The notes under the pieces are model-generated. The model saw only the letters and a list, made by a program, of their open reading frames with translations, made no database searches and was not told the origin of the DNA. Shown here piece by piece: positions 1 to 9,241 of a stretch of DNA of 64,000 nucleotides. Source of the stretch: Vicinamibacterales bacterium (GTDB lineage: Bacteria > Acidobacteriota > Vicinamibacteria > Vicinamibacterales > UBA2999); the NCBI GenBank assembly GCA_965262505.1, contig CBDHFM010000030.1, positions 1,803,244 through 1,867,243 of the forward strand, in the 5' to 3' direction. How positions within the stretch are numbered: position 1 is the stretch's first letter; each line of letters opens with the position of its first letter. Position numbers and translations under genes: made by a program.

Positions 1-26
1 AAGCCGCTCAGCCAGGTCTCGTAGTT

Positions 27-758
27 TCACGATTGTGGGGACGAATCTACCATGGGCCGCGCCGCCGCGCGCCTGAAGAAGCTCGTGAGATGCGACAGAT
101 GCAGGCGGGCGGCGACGTCGGAAATACGCGCGTCTCGTGCAGGTGGCTCCAGCATGGCCACGTCGCGAAGGTCGGTCAGCGCCGGACACGGGCGGCCCGA
201 CCAGGAGACGCGGCGCAGGCCCTGCGTCGCGCCGCGCATCGACAGCCAGTGGCCGACGACGCCAAACGCAAAGTAGTACGCCAGCAGGTTTGGTCCCGGC
301 ACGAGCGCGAAAGGACCGGACACCACCAGCCCCAACGCGTGGACCACGAACCACAGGCGATGGCGCTCGTATTCGCGCTGGAGCGTGCGACGGACCAGCG
401 CGAGCACCTGATCGAACGTCATGTCCTGCGGATGCACCGCGACCGCCGATGTCTGACGCCGCAGGGTCCACAGTAGACGCTGCTCCGAGATGCGCCGCGC
501 GACCCATCCCAGAATCCGGCCCTGCAACGTTTTGAGAAGGCCGTTCCCCCGTTTGACTCCTCCATCCTCCCGTGCGGCGTGCAGGTCGCCGCGCCGATGC
601 TGCCGGTCTTCGATCGCGCGCAGCATGACGCCAAAACGATGGCGCAATCTGCCGAGCAAGCCGGCGGCTGGGGCCGACTCCAAGGCGTCGGAATCGGTCG
701 AAGTCTCGCAGTACAGCTCGTACCGATCCCGGCTGATCGGGATGACGAAGACGTCCAT
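27..758 (-). CDS. Hypothetical membrane-associated protein resembling the mitochondrial K+/H+ exchange-related (Mit_KHE1-like) family
   Basis: ORF 27..914; likely start ATG at 758 (MDVFVIPISRDRYELYCE). C-terminal hydrophobic segment GPFALVPGPNLLAYYFAFGVVGHW recalls the Mit_KHE1 P-N-x-x-x-Y motif. Confidence 0.55.
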   Translation of the reverse strand: MDVFVIPISRDRYELYCETSTDSDALESAPAAGLLGRLRHRFGVMLRAIEDRQHRRGDLHAAREDGGVKRGNGLLKTLQGRILGWVARRISEQRLLWTLRRQTSAVAVHPQDMTFDQVLALVRRTLQREYERHRLWFVVHALGLVVSGPFALVPGPNLLAYYFAFGVVGHWLSMRGATQGLRRVSWSGRPCPALTDLRDVAMLEPPARDARISDVAARLHLSHLTSFFRRAAARPMVDSSPQS

Positions 759-891
759 TCCTACTGACGATAGCAAATCCTCGCATCGCCGGCTTGAAAC
801 CGCCTGCTCGGCGGTGACGGTCGCGAGCGCGACGGGAGAGACGGCGGCGACCCCCGGTACCCGGCTGCCAAGCAGGCTATAGTGGCCGACC

Positions 892-1803
892 ATGCTCCGC
901 ATTGGCGCACACATGTCCGTGGCCGGCGGCGTCTCGAAGGCGGTCGATCGCGCGTTTCTCCACGGTTGCGAGGCGCTACAGATCTTTTCCAGGAACGCGA
1001 GTCAGTGGCACGGGAAGCCGCTCGATCCGTTGGAGGTCAGGGCGTTCCGGAGGCGCATCGACCAGACCGGCATCACGCCGGTCGTCTCACATGCCAGCTA
1101 TCTGATCAACCTTGCGACGACGTTCAGCACGCTGCGCCAACAGTCGATTGCCGCGTTCGTCGACGAACTTGATCGGGCGGAGACGCTCGGGCTGATGGGC
1201 GTCGTCATCCATCCCGGGACGTGCACCGCCGGCAGCGAGGAGGATGGGCTGCGGTTGATCGCCGACGCGATCCGGCAAGCATTCAAGGCACGGCCGCGCC
1301 GCAAGACGCTGGTCCTCCTTGAGCACACCGCAGGCCAGGGTCGGACGCTTGGCTATCGATTCGAACATCTGGCGGCGATCATCGGGCACCTGCGAGGCTC
1401 CGCCCGCGTCGGGGTCTGCCTCGATACCTGCCACCTCGTCGCGTCCGGCTACGACATCGTCAGTGAATCGGGCTATCGGAAGACATTCGACGCCTTCGAC
1501 CGCCTCGTCGGCATCGGACGGCTCAAGGTGTTTCACGGGAACGATTCGAAGAAGCCGTGCGGGAGCCGCGTCGACCGCCACGAGCACATCGGGCAGGGTC
1601 ATCTGGGCGAAGAACCCTTCCGCCGCCTGCTGCACGATCGCCGTTTCGCGGGACTGCCGATCCTGATCGAGACCGAGAAGTCGGAGAGCAGCGGGAGAGC
1701 CGGGGCCATCGCCGCCGATCCGCTCGACATGCAGAACCTGAACGCGCTCCGCCGATTGCGACAGGACACCGGACTCGCGATGCGCGGCGCTAGAACGCGA
1801 TGA
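892..1803 (+). CDS. nfo: Endonuclease IV (AP endonuclease)
   Basis: IGAHMSVAGG, HASYLINL, HPG, LLEHTAGQG, CLDTCH and DRHEHIG metal-binding motifs of the TIM-barrel AP endonuclease 2 family. Confidence 0.95.
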   Translation: MLRIGAHMSVAGGVSKAVDRAFLHGCEALQIFSRNASQWHGKPLDPLEVRAFRRRIDQTGITPVVSHASYLINLATTFSTLRQQSIAAFVDELDRAETLGLMGVVIHPGTCTAGSEEDGLRLIADAIRQAFKARPRRKTLVLLEHTAGQGRTLGYRFEHLAAIIGHLRGSARVGVCLDTCHLVASGYDIVSESGYRKTFDAFDRLVGIGRLKVFHGNDSKKPCGSRVDRHEHIGQGHLGEEPFRRLLHDRRFAGLPILIETEKSESSGRAGAIAADPLDMQNLNALRRLRQDTGLAMRGARTR

Positions 1804-3958
1804 GATGCGTGTATTTCAGCAACAATGCGCGGCGCGTGTCGCCGGGCAACCGCGTCTCGTTCCAGACGATGTAGATGTCGCTCAGGGGACGATGGATCAG
1901 GTTGAAACGGATGTTGGACAACCACGTATCCGCTTCGCCGCTGTACTGGACGAACGCGTTGAGAAACATCCGCGGCGTGAACGACCAGTCGAGACGGAAC
2001 CGCGCCAAATTGGCGGCGAACGTACCCTGCGGCAAGTCGATGACGTTCCGCGTCACGCTGGCGCTCGCTGCCACATGCTCATTGAACCGGAAACGGACGC
2101 CACCGCCGGCCGCGCGCTGGCTGCCCGTAAAGTATCCGCCGGCTAGCATGCTCACGTTGCCTGAGAGCCTGGCACTCTGGTTCGACTGGTAGCCGATCGA
2201 CACAAACTCGAACGCGTGCTCGCCGGTCTCGATGCGAAGGTTCGACCCGACCGTGAACGGCGTGTCGAGGCGCTCGTAGATGCTGTTGACGCGGGCGTTC
2301 AGCGCCGCACCGTCACGGAACTGCAATGCATACGTCAGCCTCCCGATCCGCGTGAGGGAGCGGTCGTAGCGATCGTCGCTCGTGGCGTCGTACTCAACGC
2401 CGAGGCTGTGCTCGCGCAGGCGCCCGCTCGTATTCGCCGGCCGAAACACACGCTCGTAGCCGCCGAACAGCGTGGCGATGCCGCGCCTGGGGACGAACCC
2501 AAGATCGTGACGGAAGGCATCGCCGATGTGAACGAGGCCCATGCGGGCCCGGTGCACGTTCGTATCCATCCGGAAGCTGGTGCGCCCGGCCCAGTCACCC
2601 GCTCCGGTGTCGGTCGAGCTTCGCATCGCGAACGCCTCGACCTCCAGTGCCGGCCTCGGCGTGAGCCGTAGATCGACGCCCGTGACCCTGTTAAAGCTCT
2701 GACTACCTGTCGTCTCGCGGCCGAAGTAGAAGCCGCCGATGGCGGCCGTGCTCGTGACGTCCCGACTCACGCGGGCGACCGTAAAATTGGCCCCCGGCTG
2801 ATCTTCAGTTCCGTCGGTCTGCATCGACAGCAGGCCAATGCCAACGCCTGCCGGCCGGCCCGTCAATCGCAGACCTCCGACAACCGGTATCGGCTGGCCC
2901 GAGGCGGAGAGACCGATCCTCCGGCTGAAGAATGGGACGAGATCCCGCCGTTGTGTCTCGACCGCGCCGAGGCCCACCTGGAAGCTCGCCTGGTTCTCCA
3001 GGAAGAACTGGCGCTTCTCCGGAAAGAAGAGACTGAAACGGGTCAGGTTGATCTGCTGCTCGTCGGCTTCGACCTGGGAGAAATCGGTGCGGTAGCTTGC
3101 ATCGAGGAGCAGCGATGAGGTCAGTCCCCACTTCAAGTCCACGCCGGCGTCGCCGTCGCCGTCCCATGCCCCCGTCCCGGCCGGTCTGGACCTGAGCTGC
3201 CCAGTCGTAAACGGTGTGACCCGCAGATCAGTGCCGCTCTCGACGCCGGTGATGCCGGTCAGCAGCCCGGCGAATCCGACGGAGTAATGCGAAAACTCGC
3301 GAGGCACCGGCGACCATGTCGTGAATTCATTCTTGCGGCGGATGATGCGCTGCAGGTTGAGCCCCCACTGCTGCACGTCACCAGCCGGAAAGCGGAGGGT
3401 CTTGAAGGGCACCGCGATCTCCGTGCTCCAGCCGTTCTCGAGGACCGCCGAGCGGACGATCCACGCGCCGTTCCAGTTGAAATCATTGCGTCGGCCGTTG
3501 TCGAACGTCTGCCCATCGCGCTGCGCGCCCGCGGCATTGGTGTTGAATCCGTACCCGCTGCGCTGATCGAGAAAGGTGTCAAGGACGACGAGGAAGGAGT
3601 CGGATTGAAAATTCGAGAAGTCGCGCTGTAGCGAGTTGATGATGAGCCCGTCCGGTTCGCCGTCGTACAGCATCGCGCCGACGTACAGCATCTCGTCGTC
3701 GTACAGAAAACGCACCTCGCTGCGCTCGGTGGCGGGGGCGAATTCGTCGGGGAACTGCTGATGGAAATCCACCGCAGGCTCGGCCGCGACCCAAGCCGCC
3801 TCGTCGAGCACTCCGTCGACCACGATTGGTTCCGTGATGCGCACCGCGGCCACGCGCTTCGATGCGCGGACCGCGTCAAGGTTGAAGTCTTGCGGGGAGG
3901 CGGCGGCAATCAGCGGCAGGCCAAGGACACAGCTCACACTCAGCACCCGTAAACGCAT
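1790..3958 (-). CDS. Secreted/outer-membrane protein, CBM9-like plus DUF5916-type
   Basis: Signal peptide MRLRVLSVSCVLGLPLIAAA; VDGVLDEAAW, WSTEIAVPFKTLRF and TDFSQVEADEQQINLTRFSLFFPEKRQFFLE motifs; ends in aromatic F like a beta-barrel. Start placed at ATG 3958 rather than 4003. Confidence 0.75.
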   Translation of the reverse strand: MRLRVLSVSCVLGLPLIAAASPQDFNLDAVRASKRVAAVRITEPIVVDGVLDEAAWVAAEPAVDFHQQFPDEFAPATERSEVRFLYDDEMLYVGAMLYDGEPDGLIINSLQRDFSNFQSDSFLVVLDTFLDQRSGYGFNTNAAGAQRDGQTFDNGRRNDFNWNGAWIVRSAVLENGWSTEIAVPFKTLRFPAGDVQQWGLNLQRIIRRKNEFTTWSPVPREFSHYSVGFAGLLTGITGVESGTDLRVTPFTTGQLRSRPAGTGAWDGDGDAGVDLKWGLTSSLLLDASYRTDFSQVEADEQQINLTRFSLFFPEKRQFFLENQASFQVGLGAVETQRRDLVPFFSRRIGLSASGQPIPVVGGLRLTGRPAGVGIGLLSMQTDGTEDQPGANFTVARVSRDVTSTAAIGGFYFGRETTGSQSFNRVTGVDLRLTPRPALEVEAFAMRSSTDTGAGDWAGRTSFRMDTNVHRARMGLVHIGDAFRHDLGFVPRRGIATLFGGYERVFRPANTSGRLREHSLGVEYDATSDDRYDRSLTRIGRLTYALQFRDGAALNARVNSIYERLDTPFTVGSNLRIETGEHAFEFVSIGYQSNQSARLSGNVSMLAGGYFTGSQRAAGGGVRFRFNEHVAASASVTRNVIDLPQGTFAANLARFRLDWSFTPRMFLNAFVQYSGEADTWLSNIRFNLIHRPLSDIYIVWNETRLPGDTRRALLLKYTHLIAF

Positions 3959-3959
3959 G

Positions 3960-4037
3960 CACCTCCCCCATCCCGCCCACGCCGATCTGGGCGGTGATCT
4001 CATACGGGCCGAGGCGGGTACCTGAAGCCAGCGCCGT
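3960..4037 (-). pseudogene. 26-codon remnant of the N-terminus of a Ser/Thr protein kinase
   Basis: Minus strand reads (ACG)ALASGTRLGPYEITAQIGVGGMGEV, a Hanks-kinase start with glycine-rich loop; start codon is ACG; TATAAT lies at 4052-4057. Confidence 0.75.
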
Positions 4038-4057
4038 CGGAGTTGGGCCTGATTATA

Positions 4058-4207
4058 GAGGCGGTTTCAGCACCTCGTCGCGGGTGGCCGCGGACGGGGC
4101 CGCCCCGTTCGCGCCGCAGGCGCCTCTCCCGTGAGGGTGCTTGTGGAGCCGAGCACGAATGGGGCTGTCCGCGGTCAGGACCCGCCTGGAGGTCATGAAA
4201 TCGGCTC
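4058..4207. mobile_element. 150-bp MITE with IS630-like ends
   Basis: TA-GAGGCGGTTTCA ... TGAAATCGGCTC-TA imperfect terminal inverted repeats with TA on both sides; right end GGTCATGAAATCGGCTCTA resembles the IS630 end GGTCATGAAAAGCGCTTTA. Confidence 0.6.
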
Positions 4208-4209
4208 TA

Positions 4210-5233
4210 AAGCGCTTTTCATGACCGTGTGGCGGCCGCGTACCCGCAGTGCCGAACATAGTTGCGGCATTCGTCAGGGCTGAAGTGCGCCAAGCACTCG
4301 CCGAGGAACGGCCAGAGCGTCTCGGTGCTGCGACAGCGAGCGGTGCGAACGAGGGCCTTGAGCTTCGCGAAGCAGAGCTCGATGGGATTGAGGTCCGGGC
4401 TGTAGGGTGGCAAGTACCAGAGGGTGGCCCCGGCGGCCTGGATGGCGCGTTGGATGCCGGCGACCTTGTGGGCCCCGAGATTGTCGGCAATGACGATGTC
4501 GCCGGGCTGCAGGGTCGGCACCAGGATCTGTTCGATGTAGGCGCGGAAGCTCTCGCCATCGATCGCGCCGTCGAAGACCCCCGGTGCGGTCAGCCCCGTG
4601 ACCCGCAACGCGGCGAGAAACGTGCTGGTCTGCCAGCGCCCGCAGGGGGCGTGGTCGTGGACGCGCGCGCCGCGCGGTGCCCGGCCGTACCGCCGAAGCA
4701 GATTGGTGGTGATGCCGGTTTCGTCCAGAAACACGAGGTGGGCGACATCCCAGGTCGGCGCCGCCGCGTGCCACGCGACCCGCGCGGCCGCGACGTCAGG
4801 CCGATCGTGTTCGGACGGGCGGACCGTGTTTTTTAACGGTCAGGCCGAGGGCCCGCACGGCGCGCCAGACCGTCGGCACACTCGCGGGCGTGGCGAGGGC
4901 GTCCTTCAGCTCAGCCAGCGTGCGATCCGGTTGCGCCGCAATCAGCGCGGCCAAGGTGTGTAGGTGCGGCTCAAGCATGCCGCGCCGTCCATGTCGCTGG
5001 ACGCGAGGCGCCACCTCGCCCGTGTCGCGCCGCCGCTGTTTCAGTAGCCGCACCCACGACCCGCTCACGCGGTACTTCGCCGCCACCTCGGCCGCCGTCA
5101 TCCCGGCATCGCTGTCGAGGAGCGCCCGCTCTCGCAGATCCATCGAATAGGCACGCATCGGGCCTCCTGCATCGGTGCGCGCAGAAGTACCACGACCGCC
5201 CCAGGTAGTACAAGGCCTATTTGAAAAGCGCTT
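4210..5233 (-). mobile_element. IS630-family element, copy 1 (1024 bp)
   Basis: 12-bp TIR AAGCGCTTTTCA, TA duplication inside CTAG; orfA 4796..5158 (HTH) and orfB to 4219 (FLDETG, DNL, LPPYSPDLNPIE DDE motifs) joined by an A6C slippery site. Confidence 0.95.
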
Positions 5234-5295
5234 TAGCGCCGGTGCCGCTGAACCGGAAGCGGCGCCGGATCGGTGGGCACGGCGGGCCGGCCGGG
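5233..5295 (-). pseudogene. Diverged duplicate of the last ~20 codons of the nuclease/PLC gene at 5848..6735
   Basis: Reads GRPAVPTDPAPLPVQRHRR* versus GRPAVPSDPPPLPVQRRRR* at 5848-5910. Confidence 0.65.
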
Positions 5296-5333
5296 CGGCC
5301 GAACAGCTGCGTCGGCCTGACGACCGAGCCCGC

Positions 5334-5660
5334 TCAGCGTGCCGCGATAATCGAGTCCACCTGGATCGTCCTGGTGTCGGCGTCGAGCGTCCCTGTGACC
5401 AGGACCTTCTGTGCCGCGAACTTTTCCGGCGTCTGCTGATCGCTCAGCTCGTAGACATCCTTGCCGTCATGCAGCACGTACGCGGCGCCGTGGGCGACGA
5501 CGCAGGCAACGGTGCAGTCGGCATCGGTCGGTCCCATTTGCATGTGAGAATGATCGGTGTCGGCGCACTCGCTATCCGTAATCGTGCCGGTGAACGTCTG
5601 CGTGTCCTGCGCTGCGGCCACCGCGGCAATGACGAACACACTCAAGATCAGAGGTCTCAT
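5334..5660 (-). CDS. Small secreted Cys/His protein (DUF5818-like)
   Basis: Signal peptide followed by FTGTITDSEC...H...C..AC...GAAYVL...KVLVTGTLD, a pattern common in Acidobacteria. Confidence 0.6.
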   Translation of the reverse strand: MRPLILSVFVIAAVAAAQDTQTFTGTITDSECADTDHSHMQMGPTDADCTVACVVAHGAAYVLHDGKDVYELSDQQTPEKFAAQKVLVTGTLDADTRTIQVDSIIAAR

Positions 5661-5721
5661 AACCGCTCCTGCTCAGTCGTGTTGGGGGAATTCTACGCCA
5701 CACCGCATCCCGCAGGCAGCT

Positions 5722-5805
5722 CCGTCATGTGCGGAGAAAAACCCGTTCGTCAGAAACGGCAAGGATCAAAGGCAGACCCATGGGTTTTTCGGAGTCACAT
5801 GACGG
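5722..5805. repeat. 84-bp element bounded by bipartite inverted repeats
   Basis: CCGTCATGTG-cgga-GAAAAACCC ... GGGTTTTTC-ggagt-CACATGACGG. Confidence 0.55.
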
Positions 5806-5847
5806 CGTTGACTGCGCTACATCTTCCAAATTGAGACGTCGCAGTGC

Positions 5848-6735
5848 TTAGCGTCGGCGCCGCTGAACCGGAAGTGGTGGCGGATCGCTGGGCACGGCGG
5901 GTCGGCCGGCCGCCTCCCATGCGCCGGCAATCATGGCCGCTGTCGCGGCCATCGACTCGTCGAGCCGCCGTTCGAGCACGCGGCGGTTCGCGGCGAACAA
6001 CGCGCTGAAATACGCGTCGTCATAAACGTCGCGAGTCCCGATCGCGCCCAGATCCGCCTGCAAGATCTCCGGAACGAGCCGCGTGCTCTCGATGAGCACG
6101 TCGAACATGAAATCGCGCGGATTCCCGATTGGCCCGATCGAGGTCGGCGCGGTCGTGAGCTGCCCGCGGTACCGCTCGAACAGCGCTGACTCGAATCGCG
6201 CATGAATGCCGCGCTGCCCGGTGAGCTGTCCGTCGTGATTGATGACCGCGTGGAACGGCACGTGGGCGTCCGAGACGTAGTGCGCCAGTACGGCGGAAAA
6301 GAAGAGCAGGTCGAAGCGTCCGGAGGCGCCCCGTCGCCCGTACGATTCGAAGGCGCGCCGCAGACGGTCGTGGTATTCCTCGACGCGCCACGGCAGCGTC
6401 CCGTTCGCGTCGATGCGTTCCTGTCCGAACCTGGCGACCGCCGCCGTGTGATCCCGTGGCAATTCCCCAAACGGATACTCCCCGTAGCCTTCCCAATCCA
6501 GGTTGAGGAAGTGATTCTTGCCTTCCTCCCCGAATCCGGCCGTGCGCCACGTGTCAGGATCGACCACGCGCTCGACGACCGTGACGCGGTTCTTCTCGAA
6601 CAGCGGGCGGAGTTCCGCAGGCAGCAGCGCGATCGCGCGGTCCATGATGAACCTGTGGGCCTCAAAGCCCCAGGCCGCGGCTGGAGCGGGCACGCCGATC
6701 ACGACCAGGGCGAGCGCGACGACGACTCTGCGCAT
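5848..6735 (-). CDS. Secreted zinc-dependent phospholipase C / S1-P1 nuclease-like protein
   Basis: Signal peptide then WGFEAH, DPD, NHFLNLD, AHYVSDAHVPFH and GIHARFE Zn ligands. Start ATG 6735. Confidence 0.8.
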   Translation of the reverse strand: MRRVVVALALVVIGVPAPAAAWGFEAHRFIMDRAIALLPAELRPLFEKNRVTVVERVVDPDTWRTAGFGEEGKNHFLNLDWEGYGEYPFGELPRDHTAAVARFGQERIDANGTLPWRVEEYHDRLRRAFESYGRRGASGRFDLLFFSAVLAHYVSDAHVPFHAVINHDGQLTGQRGIHARFESALFERYRGQLTTAPTSIGPIGNPRDFMFDVLIESTRLVPEILQADLGAIGTRDVYDDAYFSALFAANRRVLERRLDESMAATAAMIAGAWEAAGRPAVPSDPPPLPVQRRRR

Positions 6736-6788
6736 ACCTGAATTATAGAGAACAACCAGGGCCCTCAATAACCGAGGGGCATGCGACC

Positions 6789-7700
6789 TCATGGCAAGAG
6801 GACGCTTTGAACGAACGGGCTCCCCCGTCCGACGAAACGCATGTCACCGACGGTGACGCGCGTGCCACCGGGCACCTCTTCGAGCGTCCAGAATGGAAAT
6901 CGCGACCAGACGAGAAAGCCCAGGATCTGCGGCGCCTCGCGCGCCCGCACCAGCCGGGGATCCCTGTCATTCTTCGGTACCCTGTCCGACTCAAACGTCA
7001 CCTCTGCCGGAAACCACTCCAGCGTGCCGGTCTCATAGTGCGTGCCCGCATCGACGATGACCTGGCGTCGAAGCGGCGTGACGGGACTCGGCCCGACCAT
7101 GAGGCGTACCGGCTCCACGCCGCGCGCCGTCCGCCATTCATCGAGCGCGACGCCATGGGCCAGTCGTGCCGTCACGCTCATGGCGGCGATGTAGATCGCC
7201 GCGACGACGAGGGCGCGGCGTGCCAACGCTGGTGCGCCTCGACGACGCGCGAACCAGACACCGGCGCCGAGCGCCAGCCACAGCCAGGGATCGATGATGA
7301 ACAGGGCGTCGCCGTAGAACCAGCGGCCGTCGAACGGCATCAGCAACCGCGTACCGTACGTGTTCAGCAGGTCGAGTCCGACGTGCGAGAGGACGCCGAC
7401 GTACGAGAGCAGCAACAGCGACCGGACATGGAGCGGTGACCGATCGTCACGAGCGGGCCGCATCCGGCTCACGGCCCACACGGCGGCCGTCAAGGCCATG
7501 GGCAGGAGCACCTGCGCGATGGTGCCGTGCGTCCACCCTCGGCGAAACGCCACCGACGGGACGTCCGTGGCGAACACCAGCACATCGAGGTCGGGGAGAT
7601 TCGCCGCGATCATGAGCGTCGCGCTGCCGAAGCGTGTTCGGCGCTTGAGCCCCGCTTCCCCGAATGCGGCGCCGACGAGCGTGTGACACACGTTGTCCAT
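6789..7700 (-). CDS. Inner-membrane metal-dependent hydrolase (YdjM/DUF457-like)
   Basis: MDNVCHTLVG, ANLPDLD, RRGWTHG, SHVGLDLLNTYGTRLLMPF and IIDPW motifs with several TM segments. Confidence 0.85.
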   Translation of the reverse strand: MDNVCHTLVGAAFGEAGLKRRTRFGSATLMIAANLPDLDVLVFATDVPSVAFRRGWTHGTIAQVLLPMALTAAVWAVSRMRPARDDRSPLHVRSLLLLSYVGVLSHVGLDLLNTYGTRLLMPFDGRWFYGDALFIIDPWLWLALGAGVWFARRRGAPALARRALVVAAIYIAAMSVTARLAHGVALDEWRTARGVEPVRLMVGPSPVTPLRRQVIVDAGTHYETGTLEWFPAEVTFESDRVPKNDRDPRLVRAREAPQILGFLVWSRFPFWTLEEVPGGTRVTVGDMRFVGRGSPFVQSVLLP

Positions 7701-7724
7701 CAGGGAACAGGCCGGAAAGCCAGC

Positions 7725-8264
7725 CTACCTCTGTTCACCGAAGACCTGCGCTTCGAACACCAGCATCCGCGTCTCCTCGCGCCACGCATCGGCGGGGAGC
7801 GCAGCCTTGAGACACGTCTGGGACGCAAAGGTCAGCGCATCCCATCCGTGTTCGGTCGCCACTTGCGGCAGGAGGAGCCCACGCCGGGACCCCCGCTCGA
7901 CGATCAGCCCGTGACGCCCAACCTCAATGTCGTCGACGGAGTGGATCTCGCGCCCGGGCGTCAGCACCGAAATCTCCAGGGCAATCCCGTCCAGTTCGAG
8001 CGCCGAGACGGCATCGAAGCGGGGATCGGAGTCCGAAACGGACGCCGCAAGTTGCGCAATGGTGTCCGCCAGCGGAGCCTCGGTCTCGACGTGACCCAGG
8101 CACCCGCGCAGATCCCCGCGGCAATGAAGGGTGACGAAGGCTCCGCGCGTCCAGTCGAGGGCGCCCCCACGCTCGGCGCGGGGCGGCGACTGCCGCCGTA
8201 CGCGCGCCTCGAGCGCGCGTCGCGCGAGCGCCAGCAGCCGCTGCCGATCCCCGGGGCCGATCAT
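7725..8264 (-). CDS. amrA: AmmeMemoRadiSam system protein A (AMMECR1 domain)
   Basis: GAFVTLH, LRGCLG, DPRF, LEISVLT, GRHGLIV, GLLLPQVA and CLKA motifs. Confidence 0.92.
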   Translation of the reverse strand: MIGPGDRQRLLALARRALEARVRRQSPPRAERGGALDWTRGAFVTLHCRGDLRGCLGHVETEAPLADTIAQLAASVSDSDPRFDAVSALELDGIALEISVLTPGREIHSVDDIEVGRHGLIVERGSRRGLLLPQVATEHGWDALTFASQTCLKAALPADAWREETRMLVFEAQVFGEQR

Positions 8265-8365
8265 GTCAAATCCCAAAGTCCACGATCCACGGCCCCAGTC
8301 TTACCATCGCAACTCCCAAATCCCGCATCTCACATCACCAATCGCGACTCGCGAATCGTCCATCC
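8265..8365. repeat. Degenerate 7-bp periodic tandem array
   Basis: Units such as CCCAAAT, CCCGCAT, CTCACAT, CACCAAT, CGCGACT, CGCGAAT between amrB and amrA. Confidence 0.65.
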
Positions 8366-8366
8366 C

Positions 8367-9203
8367 TCACCAGATCGCCGCCGCCAGGTATCCGACGACC
8401 GACGACTTATCGCCAGACACGTCCCCCGAGTCCGCGTATCGCAGTACGCGGGCGCGCGTGCCTCCGAGCAGCGCGGCCGCGCGCATCACCGAGACCATCG
8501 GTCCGCCGCCGCACGCATGACGCGGTTCACGCTCGAGCGCGTCCATGAGACCGCCGGCATCGAGTGCCTCGACGTGCCGCACCACGACGGCGTCAAGGCG
8601 CGACGCCGCCGCCGTATCCTCGTAATGCGACAGGTCGCTGCTGGCCACGAGCAGGATCTCGCCTGGGTGCCGCGCCCCGTGCGACGTGACCGCCCGCGCG
8701 AGCGCATCGCCAAGCGCCATGGCTGTTTCCCGCTGCTGATGCCCCATTACGAGCGGGACGATCGGCACACCCGGGAGCAGGCGGGCGACGAATGGCAGCT
8801 GCATTTCGAGCGAGTGCTCGCGCCCGTGCGCCGCCGGGTGCTCGATGATCGCACGCGACTCGGCGGCCAGCGCGTCGGCCAGACCGTCCGCCACCTGCAC
8901 CGCGCCCAGCGGTGTCCCCCACGCACCACGCGGCCAGATGGAGACGCCCTCGAAACCCACGAAATGGGAGGGCCCGACCAGCACGGCCGCCGTGTACTTG
9001 CATTGACGCACCAGCGTGTACGCGTACGCGGCTACCGGCCCCGAGTACATCAAGCCCGCGTGGGGGGCGATGATCGCGCGCGGGCACCGTTCGACCTCGT
9101 CGACCGCAGCGGAGGCCAGGTGCGCATCGACCGCCTCGGTCAGACGCGCCCCAGTCGCCGGATACCAGCTACCTGCTACAGCCGATGGCCTGACATCGCG
9201 CAT
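8367..9203 (-). CDS. amrB: AmmeMemoRadiSam system protein B (MEMO1 family)
   Basis: RPSAVAGSWYP, IIAPHAGLMYSG, GPSH, EHSLEMQLPF, SSDLSHY, CGGGP and VVGY motifs; start ATG 9203. Confidence 0.93.
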   Translation of the reverse strand: MRDVRPSAVAGSWYPATGARLTEAVDAHLASAAVDEVERCPRAIIAPHAGLMYSGPVAAYAYTLVRQCKYTAAVLVGPSHFVGFEGVSIWPRGAWGTPLGAVQVADGLADALAAESRAIIEHPAAHGREHSLEMQLPFVARLLPGVPIVPLVMGHQQRETAMALGDALARAVTSHGARHPGEILLVASSDLSHYEDTAAASRLDAVVVRHVEALDAGGLMDALEREPRHACGGGPMVSVMRAAALLGGTRARVLRYADSGDVSGDKSSVVGYLAAAIW

Positions 9204-9241
9204 GGCGTCGCTCCGACGGAGCGATGATAGCATCGACGATC

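Noticed and set aside
4274-4836. Extra ORFs of 166 and 195 aa repeated in each IS630 copy
   Set aside because: Alternative-frame and antisense shadows of the transposase; they recur only because the element is duplicated.
7527-9227. 566-aa plus-strand ORF
   Set aside because: Antisense shadow of amrA/amrB in high-GC DNA; Arg/Pro-rich with no recognisable motif.
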